A DNA stretch of 64,000 nucleotides from a bacterium. GTDB lineage: Bacteria; Patescibacteriota; Minisyncoccia; JAHIHE01. The DNA lies in assembly GCA_030693205.1 (NCBI GenBank), contig JAUYBG010000019.1, positions 14,496-78,495 of the forward strand, written 5' to 3'. The position numbers and the translations under genes are program-made. How positions within the stretch are numbered: position 1 is the first letter of the stretch; each line of letters starts with the position of its first letter. Below, piece by piece: positions 56,545 to 64,000 of the stretch. The notes below the pieces were generated by a model. The model did not search any database. It saw only the letters and a program-made list of their open reading frames with translations, and was not told the origin of the DNA.

Positions 56545-57843
56545 TTATTTATATAATATCATTTGTTCGACGGAAGTCGTTGTTTCATAGAGAGTAGCGA
56601 TGTTTTCACGGGTTGAATCCAAATAGATATTGCTTCCCCACATTGAATCGTTAACTATGTATCCGCGAGAATCTTTGGCGAAAACCACGACATAATGGCC
56701 TCCGCCTTTGGTGCGAGTGTTAGGCAAAGCGCGCACATAAACAATTACCGGATGGCCATTTTTTAAATTTTCATCAACTTTGTTCCAGTTTACTTTTTGC
56801 CTGACTTCGTTTGCCACCAAGTTAATGCTTCGCCAGCTATTCGGCCATTTTATCAGGTCAAAAGAAAACAGCGGCTGTTTCGCGAGATTGCCCGGCGTGA
56901 TGTCCTCGTTGTGATATTTAAAAAGCATGGCTAGCGCCGCCACGGCACATCCCCAAAATTTCATTGTCGAATTGGAATTGCCGATAGCTGTATCACCCCA
57001 GCGCGGGTCAGTTTGATAATAGTGCCAGAGCGCGGCGACCGGATTTGGCTCCGGTAATAATTGTTTGGATTGAATTCGCGCCAGTTCTTTAGCTCTGGTT
57101 ATCTGAAGTTCTTCAATATTTCCAAGGATTTCTTGCCTTTGCTCTTCAACTCTTTTAAGCAAGTTTTCATAGCGCGATTGTTCGCCTTTGGTTTTACTTA
57201 ATAGGTCTTTTTTGGAAGCGCGTGCTAAATTCAAAGATTCCTTTTCCTGCACCAGTCCGATTTTTAGCGTATCAATTTCCGCTTTTTTGGAAATCTCTTC
57301 TTTTCTGTTCCACTCCAGTTTTTCCTTTAGATTTTTCAAATCAATGACCGAAGCGCTGATTTTTCCTTGTACTGACTCCAGGGCATAATAACTTGTTAAA
57401 AAATCGGAAAGATTATTGTTTTTCAGTAAATTGCTTAGCAGGTCTTCGTTGCCGGAATTATAGATCTCTCTTAGCAGGCTTGCCAGGAATTCTTTTTGCC
57501 GGGTTATATCTTGCCCTTTTCCCCGGATCTCGGCATTGAGTTTTTCTATTTCCAGTGTTATTTGCTCCAGTTTTACTTCTGTTTGTTTGATCTTTGTTTC
57601 GGCAAATTTTATTTCTCCGTCCAGAAGCGCCATCTGATTTTCCAGATTAGCCGCCGCTGTTCGTTTTTGTTTTACGGTTTTAAGATATTCCTGCCTTTGA
57701 TCTTCCAAAATTTGCCATTGTTTTTGCCACTCGGAGATCTTTGAGTCAAGCTCATCAAGCACATCGGCATTGATAACAAAAGGAAGCAACATGAAAAATG
57801 CTATTAAAATGGAATAAATTTTTTTGAAATTTAATCTTAACAT
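56545..57843 (-). CDS. secreted coiled-coil protein with C-terminal C39-like cysteine peptidase domain (PcsB-like architecture, putative cell-wall hydrolase)
   Basis: Signal peptide from the ATG at 57843 (MLRLNFKKIYSILIAFFMLLPFVINA), about 250 aa of heptad coiled-coil, then QTDPRWG...FWGCAVAAL (Cys) and GGGHYVVVF (His). The GTG at 57912 is rejected as start. Confidence 0.55.
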   Translation of the reverse strand: MLRLNFKKIYSILIAFFMLLPFVINADVLDELDSKISEWQKQWQILEDQRQEYLKTVKQKRTAAANLENQMALLDGEIKFAETKIKQTEVKLEQITLEIEKLNAEIRGKGQDITRQKEFLASLLREIYNSGNEDLLSNLLKNNNLSDFLTSYYALESVQGKISASVIDLKNLKEKLEWNRKEEISKKAEIDTLKIGLVQEKESLNLARASKKDLLSKTKGEQSRYENLLKRVEEQRQEILGNIEELQITRAKELARIQSKQLLPEPNPVAALWHYYQTDPRWGDTAIGNSNSTMKFWGCAVAALAMLFKYHNEDITPGNLAKQPLFSFDLIKWPNSWRSINLVANEVRQKVNWNKVDENLKNGHPVIVYVRALPNTRTKGGGHYVVVFAKDSRGYIVNDSMWGSNIYLDSTRENIATLYETTTSVEQMILYK

Positions 57844-57888
57844 TTTGATAAAAAAATATATACTTACAATATTATAGGAGGTAAAACA

Positions 57889-58029
57889 ATGCCAAAAAAA
57901 CTGACAATGCACGAAGTTATAGCAGAGTATGACGAACCAGAAAAAACGAGATCAGAAATAATTGAAAAATATCTGAGCCGTGATCATTGCACAAAATGCG
58001 GCTGCGCTTTAAGGGAAGCACACGAATGA
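57889..58029 (+). CDS. small ORF (46 aa) with strong Shine-Dalgarno and C-terminal CxxC, hypothetical
   Basis: TAGGAGGT 7 nt upstream of the ATG; MPKKLTMHEVIAEYDEPEKTRSEIIEKYLSRDHCTKCGCALREAHE; absent from the ORF track because it is under 60 aa. Confidence 0.35.
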   Translation: MPKKLTMHEVIAEYDEPEKTRSEIIEKYLSRDHCTKCGCALREAHE

Positions 58030-58085
58030 TTATTATTGCAAATGAGGGTTTATTTAAAATTTAAAATAAATTCCTCTTTTTTTAT

Positions 58086-59639
58086 TTATTTTTTCTCAAC
58101 TCCCGCTTTGATTCTTTCTAAAACTTTTTCTTTTCCCAGCACCTCCGCAATCTCAAAAGGACTGGGCGAAAATTTGGCGCCGCTCAAAGCGACTCGCAGC
58201 GGCCAAAGCGTATCCCCTACTCCCAGTTTTTCCATTAGCGGCTTAAGCGTGATTTCCAGATCAGTTTTATTGAATTTTTCTTCCGGCAAGTTTTCCAATA
58301 TTTTTTTAATTTCCGTCAGATTTTCTTTGGTTTTTTCCAGAGTTGATTTTTTCCATTTCAAAAGCGCGGCGTCATATTCGGGAATATCGACGAAAAAATA
58401 TTTTGTCGTTTCCGCAATGTCTGATAATTTTTTCATCCGTTCTTGCTCTAGCGCTATTACTTTTTTGATCCATTCAAAATTAGCTTTTTTCTCGGTATCT
58501 TTAATACAGCCGGAATTAATTAAATAAGGCAGGCATAATTCAGTTAGCTTTGCTATGTCCATTTTTCGGATATAGCTTCCATTCATCCAGTCCAATTTTT
58601 TCAGGTCAAAAATCGCGCCGGATTTGCCGACTTTATCCAATGTGAAATTTTCGATCATTTCCTCCAGTGTAAAAATTTCTTTTTCAGTTCCGGGATTCCA
58701 GCCAAGAAGCAGTATAAAGTTAATGACGGCTTCAGCGAGATATCCTTTCTCGATGTATTGGCTTACAGCTACATCTCCAGTGCGCTTGGAAAGCTTTTTT
58801 TTATCCTCGCCAAGAATATTGGGCAAATGGGCAAAAAAAGGAGATTGCCACCCAAAAGCCTCGTAAAGCATCACGTGAATAGGCGCGGTGGATAGCCATT
58901 CTTCACCGCGGATAATATGGCTTATTTCCATAAAATGATCGTCGATCACGCTTGCCAGGTGATATGTGGGAAAACCATCCGATTTCTGGAGAATATAATC
59001 ATCGATCAGGGAATTATTGAATTGCACCGCGCCGCGGATAAGATCATTTAATTGTGTATTACCGGTAACCGGTGTTTTAAAACGGATCACGTATCTCGCT
59101 CCTGACTTTAGTTTTTTTTCAACTTCGCCGGCCGATAAATTTCGGCACATTCGATCGTATCGGGTAGGTTGTTTTTTGGCATTTTGCTCGGCGCGCATTT
59201 TTTCCAGGCGTTCCGGAGCGCAGAAGCAATAATAAGCCTTGCCTTTCTTGATCAATTTTTGCGCGTATTTTTTATAAATATCCAGGCGCTGGGATTGCAC
59301 GTATGGGCCGAATTTTCCTTCGTCGCGCACATATGATTCGTTTGCGTCATAAAGCGGATATTCATCAGGTTCTATTCTTGCCCACTTTAGAGAATTAAAA
59401 ATATCCAGTATCGAGCCTTTGACAAAGCGGGTTTGGTCCGTATCCTCGATCCGCAATAAAAATTTTCCGCCAAAATGTTTCGCCAGCAAATAAGCATACA
59501 ATGCGGTTCGAATGCCGCCGATGTGAAGATAGCCCGTGGGACTGGGAGCAAAACGGGTGCGGATTTCGGCAAACATTGATTTGTTGGCTAAAATTTTAGA
59601 TTGTGTGGCAGTTTGCGCGTCAATTGTGTTTAAAGGCAT
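58086..59639 (-). CDS. gltX: glutamate--tRNA ligase (bacterial type)
   Basis: HIGH motif (PSPTGYLHIGG) and KMSKS variant (KLSKRTGD); C-terminal anticodon-binding helical domain. Confidence 0.85.
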   Translation of the reverse strand: MPLNTIDAQTATQSKILANKSMFAEIRTRFAPSPTGYLHIGGIRTALYAYLLAKHFGGKFLLRIEDTDQTRFVKGSILDIFNSLKWARIEPDEYPLYDANESYVRDEGKFGPYVQSQRLDIYKKYAQKLIKKGKAYYCFCAPERLEKMRAEQNAKKQPTRYDRMCRNLSAGEVEKKLKSGARYVIRFKTPVTGNTQLNDLIRGAVQFNNSLIDDYILQKSDGFPTYHLASVIDDHFMEISHIIRGEEWLSTAPIHVMLYEAFGWQSPFFAHLPNILGEDKKKLSKRTGDVAVSQYIEKGYLAEAVINFILLLGWNPGTEKEIFTLEEMIENFTLDKVGKSGAIFDLKKLDWMNGSYIRKMDIAKLTELCLPYLINSGCIKDTEKKANFEWIKKVIALEQERMKKLSDIAETTKYFFVDIPEYDAALLKWKKSTLEKTKENLTEIKKILENLPEEKFNKTDLEITLKPLMEKLGVGDTLWPLRVALSGAKFSPSPFEIAEVLGKEKVLERIKAGVEKK

Positions 59640-59671
59640 GATATTTTAGTTATGAATTGCGAATCTTGTGT

Positions 59672-60517
59672 TTACATCTTATCCTTTTTGCTCTTATTAG
59701 TCAAAACCAGCCAGGTAAATTTTATTGTCGCGTTATAAATTCTTCCGATTCTTCTTGGCTCTTTGATTAGCCGCCAAAACCATTCCAGTCCGGCGTTTCG
59801 CATCCAGCGCGGCGCGCGCGTGATCTTTCCGTTGATCATATCAAACGCGCCGCCTACTCCGATCGCGAGCTTCACGGTCGGCAATTTTTTTAAATTTCGG
59901 GCGATCCATTTTTCTTGCAATGGCGCGCCATAAGCGATAAATAGAATATTTGGCTTAGATTGGTCAATGATCGAAACCGCTATCCTGTCCCCTTCTTCGC
60001 TTGCGTCTCCGCCAAAAAATCCGGCAATTTCTATATTAGGGAAATTCTTTTTGATCTTTTCGGCGGTTAATTTTGCGCCTTCCCCTCGCGCACCGAGGAA
60101 AAAAATGCGGATTTTTTGAGCCGGATTATCAAAATTTTTCGCGATGCGATAGATCAAGTCAATTCCCCGGATTCGCTCGCCTAATCTTTCCCTCGGGAAA
60201 ATTATCTTTGAAGCGAAGATCAAGCCAATTCCATCCGGTACGATTAAATCCGCGTTATTCACTATATTCTGGAACTCGCGATCTTTGTGGGCAAGAACGG
60301 CAATTTCCGGATTAGCCGTCACAATATAATGACTATTCGCGGAATTTAAAAAAGATCCGATGCGGTTTAAGGTCTCGGTGCCGGTGATATTATCGATTTT
60401 AATTCCCAAGATGTTGATTTTTCCGCTTCTGGCGCCGGTTTTTGCCGAGTTAGTTTTAAATGATGAGTTCTCTTGAGCAGGTATATTTATTTGTTCGTTT
60501 TTCATTATTTTTTTCAA
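59672..60517 (-). CDS. WecB/TagA/CpsF-family glycosyltransferase
   Basis: Conserved N-terminal region (ILGIKIDNIT...YIVTANPEI...VPDGIGL) of the WecG/TagA family. Confidence 0.7.
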   Translation of the reverse strand: MKKIMKNEQINIPAQENSSFKTNSAKTGARSGKINILGIKIDNITGTETLNRIGSFLNSANSHYIVTANPEIAVLAHKDREFQNIVNNADLIVPDGIGLIFASKIIFPRERLGERIRGIDLIYRIAKNFDNPAQKIRIFFLGARGEGAKLTAEKIKKNFPNIEIAGFFGGDASEEGDRIAVSIIDQSKPNILFIAYGAPLQEKWIARNLKKLPTVKLAIGVGGAFDMINGKITRAPRWMRNAGLEWFWRLIKEPRRIGRIYNATIKFTWLVLTNKSKKDKM

Positions 60518-60622
60518 TATTTTATCATATAATTATACCATTTTGTCTTAAAAATAACAAAATTTACTTTTTTGTTCAAAAGTGGTAAAATACAATCAGT
60601 TCATAACATATAAACTAAGTCC

Positions 60623-61642
60623 ATGCCTAAAATTTGTAATCCGAAACTTTGGGAAAAATTAGGAAAAAATAAAACGCGATGCCTTATTTGTTCGCATTAT
60701 TGTCTGATCCATTCGGGCAAGCGCGGGATTTGCGGCGTACGGGAAAATAAAAAAGGCAAGCTTTATTCTTTGGTTTACGGCAAAGCGATCGCGGTTAATA
60801 TCGATCCGATCGAGAAAAAACCCTTCTTCCATTTTTTGCCGGGCACAAAAAGCCTTTCAGTCGCGACCGTAGGCTGTAATTTTCGATGCGACAATTGCCA
60901 GAATTGGTCAATTTCACAATCTCCCAAACTGGATAAAAAAGAAATCGCCGGAGAGGATTGGCCGCCGTCAAAAATTGTTAAAATGGCAATGGATAACAAA
61001 TGCTCCAGTATCTCTTATACATATACCGAACCGACAGTTTTTGCGGAATACGCTCTGGAAACGATGAAGCAGGCCAAAAATTATAAATTAAAAAATACTT
61101 GGGTTTCCAACGGGTATATGAGCGCCGAATGCATTGAACTGATAGCTCCGTATCTGGATGCCGCCAATATTGATTTGAAATCATACCAAGATAAATTTTA
61201 TCGGACCAATTGCGGCGGAACGCTTGCGCCGGTGCTGGAAGCGATAAAACTTTTGAAAAAGAAGAATATTTGGCTCGAAATCACCACGCTTATCATTCCC
61301 GGACTTACCGATGATATGCGGATGCTTCAAAAAATCGCCGGATTTATCCACGGCGAACTGGGCGTTGAAACTCCCTGGCACGTATTGCAGTTTATTCCAG
61401 CGTATAAATTGCCCCATTTGACCGCGACATCCCCGGAAACCATTAAAAAAATTTGTGAGATGGGACATAAAGCCGGTTTGAAATATGTTTACTCCGGTAA
61501 TCTTCCCGGCACTTATCTTGAGGACACTTATTGCCCCAAATGCCGGCAATTGATGATCGACCGGGAGCTGTATAGCGTGATGAGGTTTGATAAAAACGGC
61601 AAATGCGCCAATTGCGGAGAAAGCCTGAATTTGATTTTATAG
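60623..61642 (+). CDS. AmmeMemoRadiSam-system radical SAM enzyme (AmrS-like)
   Basis: N-terminal Cys-rich region (CLICSHYCLIHSGKRGICGVREN) and radical SAM CxxxCxxC (GCNFRCDNCQNW); family-typical spacing; 339 aa. Confidence 0.65.
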   Translation: MPKICNPKLWEKLGKNKTRCLICSHYCLIHSGKRGICGVRENKKGKLYSLVYGKAIAVNIDPIEKKPFFHFLPGTKSLSVATVGCNFRCDNCQNWSISQSPKLDKKEIAGEDWPPSKIVKMAMDNKCSSISYTYTEPTVFAEYALETMKQAKNYKLKNTWVSNGYMSAECIELIAPYLDAANIDLKSYQDKFYRTNCGGTLAPVLEAIKLLKKKNIWLEITTLIIPGLTDDMRMLQKIAGFIHGELGVETPWHVLQFIPAYKLPHLTATSPETIKKICEMGHKAGLKYVYSGNLPGTYLEDTYCPKCRQLMIDRELYSVMRFDKNGKCANCGESLNLIL

Positions 61643-61648
61643 ATCATT

Positions 61649-62038
61649 ATGAAAATAGAACTAAATGAAAACGCCGATTGTCAGGGAAAAAAATTTGGCC
61701 ACAACTTTGAAAATGGCTATTGCTTGAAATGCGGCGTTTCGCAGCAACAATTAAGCCATCCGGTGAAAAAAATAGAAAAAACCAAATATAATCCGATCCA
61801 TAAACTGAATAAAAATTTGCATAGCGATATTCATTATGTCGCCGACGAGATCAGCTTGTATTTCGGAGAAAGAAAAAAATTCGGAATGTATCTGGGGATA
61901 ATCAAAAGGATCGGCACCGATAAAGCTTGGCAACTTTTTTCCGAAATAAAACAAAATGCGGAAGAAGCGAAAAAAGCGGGAAAAATATTAGAAAGTCCGG
62001 CGAAATTGTTTATTTGGAAAACAAAAAATAAGAAATAA
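61649..62038 (+). CDS. hypothetical protein (129 aa) with CxxC pair
   Basis: CQGKKFGHNFENGYCLKCG motif; starts 7 nt after the radical SAM gene. Confidence 0.4.
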   Translation: MKIELNENADCQGKKFGHNFENGYCLKCGVSQQQLSHPVKKIEKTKYNPIHKLNKNLHSDIHYVADEISLYFGERKKFGMYLGIIKRIGTDKAWQLFSEIKQNAEEAKKAGKILESPAKLFIWKTKNKK

Positions 62039-62070
62039 AATAATTTCAATATTCTGCTTATTTAACAAAG

Positions 62071-62098
62071 CTCGCCAATTATTTTTTGGCGAGTTTTT
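62071..62098. terminator. bidirectional rho-independent terminator between convergent genes
   Basis: CTCGCCAA-ttatttt-TTGGCGAG stem-loop followed by TTTTT, with an A/T run upstream. Confidence 0.6.
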
Positions 62099-62121
62099 AG
62101 TATGTGCTTTTAGCCTTAATT

Positions 62122-63219
62122 TTATCGCTCTCTTTTTCCGGAAATGAATTCTTCCAGAGCTGTTTGAGCTTCAAAATAAGGCATTTGAACTGGCGGATGC
62201 TTAAAGCCATATCCGCTCATGGAAAGTATTGCTCCGCCTGTGCCGCGATCCAGCGCGATTTTTGCCGCTCGAATGGCGTCAATGACAATGCCGGCTGAAT
62301 TGGGAGAATCCTCAACGCTTAATTTTACGTCTATGGAGAAAGGAATATTCCCGAACATTTTTCCATTGACGTTGACATACATGATCTTATTATCTTTTAA
62401 ATGCGGGATATAATCGCTTGGGCCGATTCGCAAGGGAATTTCGTATGGGATCATGGATGAAATAGCCGAAGTCTTGCTGATTCTTTTGCTTATCAAGCGG
62501 CTTTCTCCGGTGTGCATATTTAAAAAATCCGTATTTCCGCCGATGTTAAGCTGATAGGTGTTGTCGATGCCCATTCCCCTGTCGACCAAGAGTTTAATGA
62601 TAGTTTTGTGCAATACTGTCGCGCCCAACTGCGATTGGATATCGTCTCCGATACAGGGAATATTTTTTTCTTTAAATCTTTTTTCCCATCTTTCGTCGCT
62701 GACAATAAATTCCGGAATGCAATTTATAAACGCTACGCCCGCTTTCAGACACTCCTCGGCATAGAAATGAGTGGCTTCTTTGCTTCCTACCGGCAAATAG
62801 TTCAATAAAATTTCCGCGCCGGTTTCTTTCAGGATTTTGGCGACATCAGCCGGTTTTTCTTTTGAAATCGAAAGAAATCCGGCAAGATTTCCGTCAACGC
62901 TATCTTTGATTGTTCCCATATGCACTTTTACGTTTTGAGCCGGAATATCGCGAAAAAATATTTTCGTGCAGTTTGGTTCGGAAAAAACCGCATCGCTCAG
63001 ATCTTTGCCCACTTTGTGTTCGTCAATATCAAACGCCGCGACAAATTTTATATCTTTTACGGAATATTTGCCGAAAAAACTGTGTAAAAGGCCGGTAACT
63101 TTTTTGTCGCGCGGCGTATCGTGATAGTAATAGACCCCTTGAATTAAAGATGAGGCGCAGTTTCCTATCCCCACGATCGCCACTTTTATCCGGTTTTGTT
63201 TATTGTCAGTTTCACTCAT
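62122..63219 (-). CDS. myo-inositol-1-phosphate synthase (inositol-3-phosphate synthase)
   Basis: NAD-binding N-terminus (VAIVGIGNCASSLIQGV) and conserved MIPS core; 365 aa, archaeal/short-type. Confidence 0.7.
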   Translation of the reverse strand: MSETDNKQNRIKVAIVGIGNCASSLIQGVYYYHDTPRDKKVTGLLHSFFGKYSVKDIKFVAAFDIDEHKVGKDLSDAVFSEPNCTKIFFRDIPAQNVKVHMGTIKDSVDGNLAGFLSISKEKPADVAKILKETGAEILLNYLPVGSKEATHFYAEECLKAGVAFINCIPEFIVSDERWEKRFKEKNIPCIGDDIQSQLGATVLHKTIIKLLVDRGMGIDNTYQLNIGGNTDFLNMHTGESRLISKRISKTSAISSMIPYEIPLRIGPSDYIPHLKDNKIMYVNVNGKMFGNIPFSIDVKLSVEDSPNSAGIVIDAIRAAKIALDRGTGGAILSMSGYGFKHPPVQMPYFEAQTALEEFISGKRER

Positions 63220-63291
63220 AAGTTTATTTTTCCGCCTTTTTTATTTTAAAGGTTGATTAATTTTATATATAAGCATTGATAGCCGGTATAT

Positions 63292-63966
63292 TTAGGAAAT
63301 ATTGATGTAATCCCGCCAGATCTCATATAGTTTTTTGGTAGCGACGACATCGCCCAGGCAGTAACGGGCGATGCGCTGATACTCTCCTTTTTTGTAAAGC
63401 GCGTTAACTTCCGCTCCGTTCACTCCTTCCGCTTTGGGGCTTTTGATGCCAAAAGATTTTGCGTAAAAATCAAGAGAAAAAGATCTTTTGGTCGCGCCGT
63501 AAAAAGTCAGCTGATCCATAAGGTCAACGTGCGCGTAAGAGCTGAAGCGAGGCGGCATTAAGTTTTTGGTCGGAACGATCTTGTTTATCGCCGAGCGGAT
63601 AAGCAAAAACGGCGCGTCAAAACCGCGTCCGTTAAAAGTAATGAACTGATCATACATTTCCGCCGCTTTCCAAAATAAATTGATGATCTCCGCCTCAGTG
63701 CCGGAATGGTATTCGACCCCCTCTTCAGTAAACGCCTTTTCTTTTTTTTCACCCGCTTGATAATAGACCGCGCCCTTGTCGGTATCGGGGTTCAATACGG
63801 CAATTGCCACAATTTGCGCGGTAAGCGGCCAAAGCCCAAGCTTGGATTTTATATCTTCTTTTTCCTCGTTTGTTTCGGAATATTTAAGCAAATATTCCCG
63901 GGAATCTTTATCCAGTTTTTCAAAATCCATGCCTACGGTTTCAATATCAAAAACAAGCTTATTCAT
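63292..63966 (-). CDS. RNase H-like 3'-5' exonuclease (DnaQ/YprB-like)
   Basis: Exo I motif FDIETVG near the N-terminus, plus downstream acidic and Y-x3-D motifs (YCLGDVVATKKLYE). Confidence 0.5.
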   Translation of the reverse strand: MNKLVFDIETVGMDFEKLDKDSREYLLKYSETNEEKEDIKSKLGLWPLTAQIVAIAVLNPDTDKGAVYYQAGEKKEKAFTEEGVEYHSGTEAEIINLFWKAAEMYDQFITFNGRGFDAPFLLIRSAINKIVPTKNLMPPRFSSYAHVDLMDQLTFYGATKRSFSLDFYAKSFGIKSPKAEGVNGAEVNALYKKGEYQRIARYCLGDVVATKKLYEIWRDYINIS

Positions 63967-64000
63967 ATAGTTTAAGCTAAAAGCGAATTAACTTCGTATC

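Noticed and set aside
57844-57912. GTG start at 57912 for the PcsB-like gene (MHCQFFWHCF...)
   Set aside because: The extension lacks an RBS and adds a Cys/Trp-rich leader before a perfect signal peptide that begins at the ATG at 57843. The same spacer also holds a plus-strand small ORF with a strong SD.
1-64000. Alternative genetic code (UGA as Gly, code 25), considered because the gene content looks CPR-like
   Set aside because: Well-defined genes (the FtsB-like gene, the LexA-MTase gene, the small 46-aa ORF and others) terminate at TGA at the expected positions, and conserved proteins show no in-frame TGA; the standard code 11 fits.

Overview
This 64-kb window is low-GC bacterial DNA with a compact, streamlined gene set, possibly from a CPR/Patescibacteria-like organism; it uses the standard genetic code, with ORFs that end cleanly at TGA/TAA/TAG. 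About 70 protein genes are mostly housekeeping: rmuC, a GT2 plus MraY/WecA-type glycosyltransferase pair, uvrA, a short uvrC, dnaX, a trxA-trxB cluster, gdhA, a cysteine desulfurase, ZIP, sodA, prfB (no frameshift), ftsE/ftsX, an mgtA-like P-type ATPase, fpg, thiI, gltX, a WecB/TagA glycosyltransferase, an AmmeMemoRadiSam-type radical SAM enzyme and myo-inositol-1-phosphate synthase. Four tRNAs are present: Gln-UUG, Gly-CCC, Thr-CGU and Gln-CUG. Two accessory regions stand out. The first (about 27.5-35.7 kb) is a defense-type island: a Fic gene flanked by 23-bp direct repeats, an R-M-like operon whose methyltransferase is fused to a complete LexA repressor module (DNA-binding domain, Ala-Gly cleavage site, Ser/Lys S24 peptidase), a PD-(D/E)xK nuclease, an AIPR-like protein, a NERD-domain protein and a PaaX-like regulator bracketed by identical 60-bp direct repeats and palindromic operator-like sites. 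The second (about 43.2-46.9 kb) holds a free-standing LAGLIDADG homing endonuclease next to tRNA-Gln(CUG), a trypsin-like protease and a membrane protein carrying a near-copy of the DnaX C-terminal domain. Other oddities are a large secreted GH16-like protein with internally duplicated domains and a PGF-CTERM-like anchor, a tRNA-like 3' minihelix after tRNA-Thr, and a long imperfect hairpin abutting the cysteine desulfurase start. No rRNA or CRISPR arrays were seen.
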